From Tubulanus polymorphus (Eukaryota > Animalia > Nemertea), in the NCBI RefSeq assembly GCF_964204645.1, contig NC_134026.1, positions 7,215,950 to 7,279,949 of the forward strand: a stretch of 64,000 nucleotides of DNA, written 5' to 3'. Made by a program: the position numbers and the translations under genes. This document shows, piece after piece, positions 12,719 to 24,000 of this stretch. The notes under the pieces are model-generated. The model did not search any database. It saw only the letters and a program-made list of their open reading frames with translations, and was not told the origin of the DNA. Position 1 is the first letter of the stretch, and each line of letters opens with the position of its first letter.

Positions 12719-13521
12719 AATTAAACGTAACAGATGTCCCAGAAAAACATACAAATATTCGTTTTAAAAGCGATTTCTGAACCCGGAAATAAAATGCTCC
12801 ACATATGGTTTAGCTAAAATACGGATTCACGAATTCAATTCAATAAATATTTATTGACACATGGAGTCTGGTGCCCACGCCGCACGGCACGTGGTACGTC
12901 GACCTGGCCACTGTGACCTGGCACGAGATCGATGGGCGAGAGAAGGCTAACTGCTATCTAGTTATAGTGAAGCCTCGCTTTGAAGGCTTCAACAGATCAC
13001 AGGGACTTGTCAACAGATCACAGGGACTTGTCACAATTGATGGTGAATCCATCACCATGAATTGTGACAAGTCCCTGTGCGACTGATAGCGCTGCGGTGA
13101 CGGCGTAGGAGTGTATTCCCGCCAAGTCGACTGCAGGCTCCCGGCGACTGAGCTCCGGGCCGGGGATGAAACAGTTCGAATTATTTCTGGCACTGCTAGC
13201 AATAATGTTCGTTCATGTGATATCAAGGTTATATTTGTGTTTGATGCGCCATCTGGCTTGAATCGGTGATAGGAAGTCGGCTTTCGGGTTCATCTCTGCA
13301 CCAGGCCGGGTCTGATCTAAGGAATGAAAGCCACTTGCCCGGTGGGGCAAGCATATCTGTAGTAATTTCACTTGCCCCGTCAATAACCTACTTGCCCTAC
13401 ACCAAGCAGTCCGACTGGTGACACAATCATCTATTCTATCGATTGGGGAAAAGGATTTGAGACAAAGCACTAGTCGGGCGGACAAGTGATTGATGCCGAT
13501 AACCTACTTGCCCTAATGACA

Positions 13522-13745
13522 ATTAATAATAATATGATAATAATCCGTTCTTACATAGCGTTATTCCAAAACAATTCTTCGCTCACTGCACTGTCTCTCC
13601 AAACGTCTACGGAATAACAATGTTTTAACTAAGCTTTTAGATGGAGACGATGTCATCAACTAATCTGATTTCTGATATGGTAACTGGTTCCAGTAACTGG
13701 TTGCACCGTAAGAAGAGAAACTACGGTCACCAAAATTGGTCCGGG
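13522..13745 (-). mobile_element. L2/CR1-group LINE 3' end fragment inside a CTTGCCC-rich repeat
   Basis: Minus strand reads roughly TNFGDRSFS...YWNQLP...VKTLLF with frameshifts, then CGCTAT and an (ATT)n-like tail. Confidence 0.6.
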
Positions 13746-14859
13746 GGAATTATACTTGTCCCGGGCAATCGCACAAGTGTTTATATCGGACTCTTTAATA
13801 ATTATTGTAAATGGTAAATACGAATCAGCGTCGACGAGATGTTACAGATGGATGGACCACTTGGACAGTAGCTGGTCCACACATCATCCTGGGGTACGGT
13901 TTGCGTATAGTCATTGGCTGGGCGTAAATGACGCATTACCCTTCTTGTAATGTCCGTGGCGGTGTGAAAAAGGCTGGGGTCCCAAAGATCGAACAGCTAG
14001 GTCTGATCTAACCAGGGAGAAGTGGTTCATACGTTTACTACTGCATGGGCGCATCGACGTGGTGGGACCGTTTCAGGTTGACACACGTGTTTGCAACGTA
14101 GCACGTGACCATCAAAATAAAGAAGAAGGGCGAGACACATTATTCCTGCCGACATTCGGAACCTGACGTTGATTGGCATTAAACTTCATGATCGACCACA
14201 AGTTGCCCATTTCCCTGCATTTGTTAACCCTTCGTCGGTGCGATTTTTTTCCACAAGCCAGTTTCCGCCATTTATTCGCCTGTCACGCGCACGATGGTTG
14301 CTTTTACAACCGCGGGGGTTCGTTGTACTTAACAAACCCCTGATGCCCATAATGCCATTTTCAAACCATATATTTTGCATGTCGAAACCTCCTGTTACAA
14401 AGTGGTCCCATACGATAAACAGAGGTTATATCAGAGAATCAATGAAGAAGTGAAGTCACCTACCGTGCTGGTCACCACGGCTACCAGACTGACTTTTACA
14501 AACTGAATCAGTCGCCGGGTCTTACTACAGTGGTTAGGGCACCAGGCTGGCAGGCGAGAGGCCCTTTCAAATCACGGTGGGAGATGGCGTATGTTAGTAC
14601 AACAACTGATTTATATATAATAAGCTGATGTTATTTTGACCTTTTATCATAAGCGGACCTTTTTACCAATATAGAACTGATAGACATTTTCCAACCTTTT
14701 CAGACGTTTTACTATAACATATTTCACCATTTACAATTAATTCTGCTTACATTTATATTTTACAAAATGATAACATTTCACAAAATTGGAGTGAATTGTA
14801 GCTGTACAAAAGACTAAAATGTTGAAGTGATTTTCCAATACGCAAGAAGACACAGACAG

Positions 14860-15080
14860 TTCCAGTATATTCTCAGACAGTCGGTTAACTCAGATAGTCA
14901 GTACACTCTCAGAGTCATAATACACTCAACCAGTCAGTAAAATCTCAGGCAGTCGGTACTGACTCAGACAGTCAGGACACTATGATTAGGCAGTCAGCAC
15001 ACTCTCAGACAATCATTACACTTTCAGACAGTCAGTTCAATTTCAGAGAGTCAGTACACACCCGGGCAGGCAGCACACTC
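14860..15080. repeat. ~20-bp minisatellite (CAGACAGTCAGTACACTCT); second copy at 17520-17670
   Basis: Direct tandem repeats seen in both duplicated blocks. Confidence 0.8.
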
Positions 15081-15088
15081 TCATTCTC

Positions 15089-16039
15089 ATGAATTCAACT
15101 CGGATGCAAATCAGTCGAAGTTACGTCATTTTCATGTATGTTGTGAACAGGTCTGGAATCTACCGTACGGTATCACTGGTCATTCTGCCTATAGTGTTCT
15201 TGTTAGGAGCGTTTGGAAATTCAGCTACATTCCTGGTTATGATAAGCCGCAGATTCCGCAGTTTATCTTACGCTAACTATCTTATCGTTTTGTCTCTCAG
15301 TGATTCTATTTACGGTATCAATTTTACTCTGACGCCTGTTTTACAGTTTGTTCTCTTTCACATTAAAGATGGTCCTATATCCATCATGAGTTCACTGATT
15401 AGTTGTCAAATCTATCAATTCATAGTGAACCTTGCACTCTGTAATAGTTCGTGGTTAATAGCAGCAATATCTTTAGAACGCACGGCAATTGTGCTCTTCC
15501 CATTCACATCTCGTTTGATATGTACACCGAGATTTGCTAGATTTGCTATATTGATAATAATTGCAGGGAATGCACTGGTTTTATATCTCACACCTGTTTT
15601 GTCGATAAACTTTTCTGACAAATTATTCGGGTGTTACTATAAATTATTTGACCAAATAAAATTTTTCAAAATAATCGTAATCTACATCTACCTTTTACCG
15701 TTAACTTTAATCATTACATCAAATTCTGTTATAATAGTTCAGTTATTCAGAGGTTCAAAAATGATTTCGTCTGATCAAAAAACTACAAAATCAAAACGTA
15801 CAACAATAATGCTTGTAACAGTTTCACTCGCATTTGCAATATCTACACTTCCAAGCACTATTACTTCAATTTTTCCAATCTCTGAAGAAGTCAAAAGTGT
15901 TCTATACGATATATTTGCACACTTTGAAATGTGTAACTATGTGGTAAATTTTTACATATATCTTTTACTGGGACGAGAAATTCGTGAATATTTCTGTATG
16001 AAAATCCGCTGTAGAAATTCAGTCAAAAATAACCAGTGA
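15089..16039 (+). CDS. Orphan class A (rhodopsin-like) GPCR, peptide/FMRFamide-receptor-like or chemoreceptor-like
   Basis: Seven hydrophobic segments: GAFGN (TM1), LSLSD (TM2), C...SLER (TM3), YLLP (TM5), FAISTLP (TM6), NYVVNFYIY (TM7). The N-terminus may instead come from an upstream exon through an acceptor at 15149-15150. Confidence 0.9.
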   Translation: MNSTRMQISRSYVIFMYVVNRSGIYRTVSLVILPIVFLLGAFGNSATFLVMISRRFRSLSYANYLIVLSLSDSIYGINFTLTPVLQFVLFHIKDGPISIMSSLISCQIYQFIVNLALCNSSWLIAAISLERTAIVLFPFTSRLICTPRFARFAILIIIAGNALVLYLTPVLSINFSDKLFGCYYKLFDQIKFFKIIVIYIYLLPLTLIITSNSVIIVQLFRGSKMISSDQKTTKSKRTTIMLVTVSLAFAISTLPSTITSIFPISEEVKSVLYDIFAHFEMCNYVVNFYIYLLLGREIREYFCMKIRCRNSVKNNQ

Positions 16040-16959
16040 AATTTCGCTTCAAATTTCACTCCATACAAGTTTTTGGGTCTATTGTTAGGTTCTTCTTGTT
16101 CCTAAAATGTGTGAACCTTTGGCGAAAATTGGCCTTATTTGTGATTAACAAAGAACTGCTTTTTTAAACTCTTGGCTATACGAAATGTAGTAGAGGATTT
16201 GAAACTGTTTGTAATAACAGAATGATAGTATTTATTATCGGTGGATAGTCACCACAGTGCGATATTCTCATCATCCGTTGTGCGAGCATGCTGCAGATCT
16301 ATTGATATGTGGTACAAGCTATAGCTGCCATTCTTATCACACCCACAGTAGCCTCAACTCTCCCGATTCTCCTATCAAACCCTCACATCCCAACTTTCAC
16401 AAACCCCAGCTGTCACAAAATCCCAACTCTCACAATACTCCAACAAACTCCAACAGTTCAAACAACCAAACCTGCTGGGAAAAAAGCAAGGGTTGATAAG
16501 AATTATACGTAGGTGGGGCCGAACATAGTTGACTATGGATCGACCATAGACGATCCCTCTAAACTATCATCAAACGTGAATGTGGAGTCGATACATGTTT
16601 AACTACCTAAAAGGCAACATCTCCGACCAAGAATTTATGGGCAATGTAATATATATGGACCAATGAAGGGTTTGCAGTCAGGGTTGACGTGAGCTTCGGC
16701 GGGCGGCATTCAAACCTTGACAACCACATAAACCCCGGCGTTGATAGAAACGTTTGAATCAAAATTTCATTGAATGATGTATGAAATTCTGCTTGCAAAA
16801 ATATCCTTTATTACTCGCATGCCGCAGTAACAATAGCGATCTGAGGTAGAATATAACCGCCAAATGCTGCCTCAATACATAACGTTGACGGTGTATGTGT
16901 AAACTAACCGATTATTCGCATGCCACAGGTGGGTATATCCAGATCTAAAAGGCACTATA

Positions 16960-18230
16960 GTGCCATTTTCAAATAATCCATTTTGCTTGTCGAAACCTCC
17001 TGGTAGAAAGGGGTCTGATAAACATAGGTTATACCAGAGAATCAATGAGAGAAAGTATTGTTAGTGAGGATACCTACCTGACTGGTCACCACAGCTACCA
17101 GACTCAGTAACTTTTACAAACTGAATCAGTCACCGGGACTTCGTGATCAACTAGAGGTTAGGACACAAGGCTGGCAAGCGAGAGGATTATGCCTCTACCA
17201 GTGGCTAGGGTAAGGGCAAGTGGTATATTTGGATAAAACTGATGTTATTTTGACCGTTTATAATAAACTGGTGTTGTTTTGGCCTCTTTGCCGATATTAA
17301 ACTGTTAGACATTTTGCCAACCTGTTCAGATGTTTTACTATACGATATTTCACCATTTTCTATGAATTCTTCTTTTACATTTATATATTACGGAATAATA
17401 ACATTTCACAAAATCGGAGTAAATCGTGTCAATTTCTATTTACGGTTGATAATAAATCTTACTATAGCCATATCTTGTAATATTAAAGTTAGATTAATTT
17501 TCCAATTCGCAAGAAGACAAAGACTGTTCCAGTGCATTCCCAGACAGTCAGTACACTCTCGGACAGTCAGCACGGGGATTTTGACAGAATACTATGATCA
17601 GGCAGTCAGTACACTCTCAGGCAGTCAGTACACTCTCAGACAGTCAGTACATTCTCAGACAGGCAGACAGATTTCAAATTTCGCTTCAAATTTCACTCCA
17701 TACAAATTTTTGAGTCTATTGTCATAGGTTCTTATTGTTCCTAAAATTGACCCTTTGGCGAAAAATTTGCCTTATTTGTGATTCACAAAGAACTGCATTT
17801 GACAACTCTAGGCTATACAAAATATAGTATAGGATTTGAAACTGTTTGTATTCAGAAAATAATAGTATTTATTATCGGTGAATAGTCACCACAGTGCGAT
17901 ATTCTCACCATCCGTTGTGCGAGCATGCTGCAGATCTATTGTTATACAATCTTTAGCTACTATCCTTATCACACCCACAGTAGCCTCAACTCTCCCGATT
18001 CTCCTATCAAACCCTTACACCCCAACTTTCACAAACCCCAGCTGTCACAAAATCCCAACTCTCACAATACTGGAACCCCAACCTCAAACAAACCAAACCA
18101 GCTGGGAAAAAAGCAAGGGTTGACCAAGAAATCATGGGCAATGTAATATATGGACCAATGAAGGGTTTGCAGTCAGGGTTTGTGTTGACGTGAGCTTTGG
18201 CGGGCGGCAATCAAACCTTGACTACCACAG
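16960..18230 (+). repeat. Tandem segmental duplicate of ~14350-16730 lacking the GPCR ORF
   Basis: Upstream-flank homology (GCCATTTTCAAA...GTCGAAACCTCCTG) joins the post-stop flank (AAATTTCGCTTCAAATTTCACTCCATACAA) directly at ~17676. Confidence 0.85.
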
Positions 18231-18354
18231 TATTCTCATCATCCGTTGTTTGAGCAAATCTCCAAATTTTTCCTGCGTACGCAAGGGATCACTGCGCTGC
18301 TGTTTTGACCTATGGTTTGCCCGAAAATCGCTGCTCACTTCTGTTTAAAGCTAC

Positions 18355-18750
18355 ATTTTACTGACAAGTTTTTCGGGTATTACTATAAATTACTTGACCA
18401 AATAAGATTTTTCAAAATACGAGTGTAATCTATAGCTTCATTTTAACCGTTAACTTCAATCATTACATCAAATTCTGTTACAATAATTCAGTTATTCAGA
18501 GGTTCAAAAATGGTTTCGTCCGATCAGAAAACTACAAAATCAAAACGTACAACAATAATGCTTTAACAGTTTCACTCGCATTTGCAATATTTACACTTCC
18601 AAGCACTATTGCTTCAATTTTTCCAATCTCTGAACAAGTCAAAAGTAACTATGTGGTAAATTTTTACATATATCGTTTCCTGGGACGAGATATTCGTGAA
18701 TATTTCTGTATGAAAATCCACTGTAGAAATTCAGGCGAAAGTAACCATTG
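18355..18750 (+). pseudogene. GPCR pseudogene fragment (ECL2 to C-terminus)
   Basis: Homologous to 15610-16039, with indels and an internal deletion before AACTATGTGG. Flank homology continues to ~18980. Confidence 0.85.
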
Positions 18751-19301
18751 ATACTTTTGATTCCCTTTATACAAGTTTTTGAGTTTATTTTTAGGTTCTT
18801 ATTTTTCTTAAAATGCGACACTTTTGGTGAAAAATTACCTTTATTTTGTGATTGACAAAGAACTGCATTTGAAAACTCTTGCCGTGACAACAGGATTTAG
18901 AAACTGTTTGCAATCAGAGATTGGTATTGTCGGTGACAAGTCACCACAGTATGATATTCACACCATTCGTTGTGCGAGCAAATTGAATATGAAGGCAAAT
19001 TTAGTGGCATGATACCAATACATGGCACACAAATTTTAAGCAAATCTAGTAAAAAGGCAGACTTAGGGTCAGGTTTTACTTGTTGATATATCTCGGAAAA
19101 TGCATTAACGTAACATAATATTTAAAAACCCCCGGACCTCCCTTTATCTGCTTTGCGACTACGTCGCTTTCTTGGCATGGATACTCGCTGCCCTTTTTTT
19201 CACTGTGCTGTAGTCATTGAATGGCCCTGGATCCGCGCCCGAGCATGCTGTTCGACCCGATTCGCGTTATGAATTTTTCCTGCGGCACGTGAGGGATCAC
19301 C

Positions 19302-19465
19302 AGAGCGAACTTCGGTTATCGGAGCTAGCCGACTGTATTCAAACTAAGTGAAACCGAATGTTAATTAGTCGGAACCATATTCCAGAAATAGTTCGGTAAT
19401 AAAACGCATTCGGTTATTAATTCTGACCACTAGTCGGCTAGATACGAAAACCGAATTTGGTCTAG
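19302..19465. mobile_element. Small MITE-like inverted-repeat element
   Basis: TTCGGTTATCGGAGCTAGCCGACT is roughly the reverse complement of AGTCGGCTAGATACGAAAACCGAA. Confidence 0.5.
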
Positions 19466-20251
19466 GCCGCTGGTTGACCCCGGGCCCGGCGCTCTTTCAC
19501 CCGGGGATCGCGGCTCAACGAACTTCTATTCATTAGTGATTCAAAGCTCGTTTAAAAAACTAATTCTCCTATAATAAAAACTCGGCGTTGATAGAACTAT
19601 ACGTTTCAAACAAAATTTTATTGAATAAAACATGAAATTTTGCCTGAAAAAAACATTTTTCGTTACTCGCATGCCATAGGACAATTTCGATATGTGGTAG
19701 ATCTTAACCGTTGAGTGCTGCCTCTAATTAAAACGTTGACGGTGAATGTGTGAACTAACCGATTATTCGCATGCCACAGGTGGGTATACCCAGATCTACG
19801 GTTAGTTCACGCATTTACCGTCAATATTATATACAGGGGCGGCACTTGACTTGATGCCATTGCAACCTTCCTTGAGTAACTCGATATTCACATAAATCCA
19901 ACGTCATCTCTTCCGACGAAATTAATGAGTTGTCGTCAACCTGATGCAGTTTGCCCAATGATCCAGTATAGATGATTCTTAATTTTCTTTTTTTCATAAT
20001 TGTATTTGTCTGCTCTAGAGCCTCGACTCGACAATCGTATAATGATTTCCGAGGTCCTGATGATTGTCATGTATTATGTATAATTTATGTAACTAATTAT
20101 GAAATTATATTTGCACTTTGATAACCATCAAAATAAATTTAATCTGTGAATTATTATTATTATTAAATGTCACTTGCTATTAATGATTCTCAATAAATTA
20201 TAATTGATTTCATAGTCTATTTCGTCTTATATTCGTCAAATATCTGACTAA

Positions 20252-20365
<114 letters not shown>

Positions 20366-21064
20366 CGTGAAAGCACCGCTGTTGTTTATCGGGCGCCAGT
20401 GTAAAAGATATATAAGTCATTCAAGTATCCTTCCTCAACACACACAACTATTATCTGGTTTCGATAGAACTTGTAATCCGATCTTATATAAAACTAGATT
20501 AGATTGTGTTGTTGTGTCCGAGTTAAACCAGTTTTGATAAATTCGCTGTCAAAAATATTTAACCCGTTTTTTTTAATCATTTCAACTAATTTGAGCTCAT
20601 TAGCCTCGATTAGTATCAGAGATATATATCGGTGTGAGAGGAATAGTCTATCAGTTCATACTCAGCACCAGCTCCGAAACGCTGCTACTGCTGCTACTGC
20701 TGCCGCTGCTGCAAGACAACAATATTTCTCTCAACGAACAGGCTTCTCTTCGTCAAAGGGCCGGTTTCAACTTGAACTCCGCAGGGGCCGGGTTTTATAC
20801 ACTACTTAAAGTAGAATCCGGAAGGTTTTAGGAATTAAATCGATCGCTCCGCACGCTAAACCTGTTCAGAACTAAATCTGTTGCCCGTGACCTCTAGCTG
20901 TGACTGTCGGCATTAACACAGCGGGACGGAACGCGATTGGTCGATCTAATGAATGAATACCCGGATGAATCCAGATGTTACTTTCAAACTGAACGGTGAA
21001 CGGAACCAACACGTGACCAGCTCACTGCTCAGTTAACTATAACAGGATCGAGAGCTAGGGAGCG

Positions 21065-24000
21065 ATGGCTGTGTTAACTGTGATAGCCGCAACCTGGACC
21101 GAAAATACAAATCTAACTACGAATATTCTGGTATTAATGTCGATATGTGTGGTACTGGTGAAGATAATGACTGATCGCTGTAGTCGGCGACTTCCTCCCG
21201 GACCACGTGGACTTCCTCTTATCGGTTATATACCATTTGTAGGTAAGTCTTCATAATCCAATTCCATAGTTTTGACTCAGAGTTAATTCTGAACTCACAA
21301 CTGTGGAATCGGATAATTGGTTTCCACATGTCTATTTAGTTTGTATTTGACCGTCTAAATCAAACTGAAGGAAACCCCACTTTTATAAAGACACTCTGCG
21401 TGTAGTGGCATTTCGTCTCAAATCTATGAGTGAAAGTATCTGTTTTGAAAGTCTGTATAACTATGTTTTACCGAGGAATCGTTCTGGTGACAGGGTCTAG
21501 TACCGCAGTTGTGACATCATGTAGCGGGAACTCCTCAGAACCAGTCACATGAGGACCGAATTAAGATAGTGATAGTAGAACGCTACAACAGTTTTATCTG
21601 ACACTAATTCATTTCCGATTATTGATTTTTATCAACTCATCTGAATGCATTTTAACATTTGTCTGATTGTTATTGAAAGATTTAAAACGCAAATTTGTAG
21701 TTGATTTTCGATGTATTGTTTTCTGGTCTCAGGAAGTTAAGTGGTTTTTGTTTGGTTTCTTATCTTCACATTGCAAGATATTGATAAAATCTACGACCTT
21801 TCCGTGGTTGTCTTCCACAGTTATTGGTTCAACAAGGACCATTAGTTCATTCTCTCCTCTATCGTTCGATCCTATTGTGGAACTGGGTCCAGGTTAAAAT
21901 AAAAACCACAAAACTATGAAAGTGGACCCAGAGTCAAATTAAACCCACCCAACCGTGGAACTGGATACAGAGTCAAAATTAAACTCACACGACATTGTGG
22001 AGCTAGGTCCACAGTCTAATCATACCCACCCAACTGTGGAACTGAAAAGAGAGTTACATTGAACCCATACAACTGTGGAACTGGGTCCAGAGTCAAATCA
22101 ACCCCGCATAATTCTTCAAATTAGTAACTTTTCTTATTCAAAATCACCTTGAAAGAATATGTTGTTATTTGACCAACGATTTCAGTTGTAAGTATCAGTC
22201 AATGCCTCGTTCCCCCTGCGCGGTATTCATCATTTTGATTACACCGATTTTGCCGGTCGAGCTCTTTATGACGCGAGAAGAAAAAATTGACCGATTTTTT
22301 TCCAGAAAAATAATTCCGATAAAATACAATCAAAGTCGCTCGGAAATTCGGTCACCCAGTTTAATTGTTGTAAGGAGATGAAGGAAACAACCCTGACATT
22401 TCAACCGATAAATCGCTCCACCGCCGCTATTAATTGAGGGGAAAATCGGGCAAAACAAGTTTATAAATCTATTCACAAATAACCAGTCTTTATTCGGCGA
22501 ATAACAGATTTGAAAGTGCCGCGCGAAATTCGGTCAGGCGTGTGAAATAATCAATAGATTGATTTGTTCTTTCGAGAAAAAGAGGTCAATAAGGTACTAT
22601 AGTCTGTATATATGTAATATTGTCTCCATAACCTGTTTTAAAGCGATTTTTCACTCGATGTTTTGATAAATACCTCTAGGTCTTGATTTGACCGGTGCAA
22701 TTGTGTAGTCCGAATTAACATTTTATTCAGAAATAACCATTCTTTATTTGATAATCAGTTTCAGTACCAGCATCTAAAGCGATCTTGCATTGGTTAAATG
22801 TATACTTAGCTGTTATCGGCGTCGTATAGTGCTAAAGGGGAAATATGATAGTTTTCAAGATCATTTTGCTTTATAACTGAAATATCAGTTCATTGTTAGT
22901 CAATGAAAATTAGAATGTGACGTTATTGCGCGGCAGAATGGGATTGAAAAAGTCGGTCAGGCGTGTCACATTGTCAATGAATTTATTTGTACTATTGAGA
23001 AAAACAGGTTAATATAGTACTGATAATCTCTCTTTAGGAAAATCGCTTTATCAATAAGTTTAATTTTTCCCCATTTAGAAAAGTATAATTCTTCAGGTTG
23101 CCTGACTGACGCACTGGCGTCAAGAACAGACAAATATAAAATCCAGAATTCTTGGGAAAATAAACCAAAGGAATTTTATCCTCATGATAGCTACTTTTTA
23201 CCTATCTCTATTATCTTTGAAGTAGAGCAAATTTTTCTGATTTGCTTGGCGCGCATTTTGTTTATTTAGAGATGAACCCTCAGGTGTAAACAGCAACCTG
23301 TAGTTTACCAGATAATACTCTAAGATTACTGAATTAAGTCTCAGATTCTTTTTTGCCAGGTACAAAACATTCATTCTGAACAAACAAACAATGAACACAC
23401 ATTTTCTCCTCGGTATGAACTGAAATTGTGTTTATTGTTATCTGCGTCCAGTCGCACTCAAGCCTGAAAAAGGTCCTTAATCATAAGGTTGGTCTGGAGT
23501 TGTTAGAATGGTTATAGAACGAAAATGAGCTTAGACTGGTCTCAAGAGTTGTAAGATTGGTTATAGATCCAGAATGAGATTAGACTGGTCTCAAGTTGTT
23601 AGATTGGTTGTATAATGAAAAGGAGCTTGGAATGGTCTCAAGAGGTGTAAGATTGGTTAGAGAACCAGAATGAGCTTAGACTGGTCTTAAGTTGTTAGAT
23701 TGGTTATTCATCCAGAATGAGCTTAGACTGGTCTCAAGTCTCAAGAGATTGTTCGATTGGTTATAAATATGGTCTGAAGTGTTGACTGTGGACTGTGTAT
23801 CGTTCGTTGCATACCTTGACATGAATCTGCGTACGTTCGCGACTACATCTCTCCTGTATAGATGCTGTGTTTATTGAGATGACCGTTTTATCTACACAAT
23901 TACAAACATATTATTATTAACAGCGACAAGAAATGAAATTAATTATTATCTCGGAATTTGGTCACCTGATACAGATTGTGTATATGTACTACTACACTGG

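Noticed and set aside
16257-16512. Short ORFs repeated at 17878-18146
   Set aside because: Their similarity comes from the segmental duplication. No protein features or splice support.
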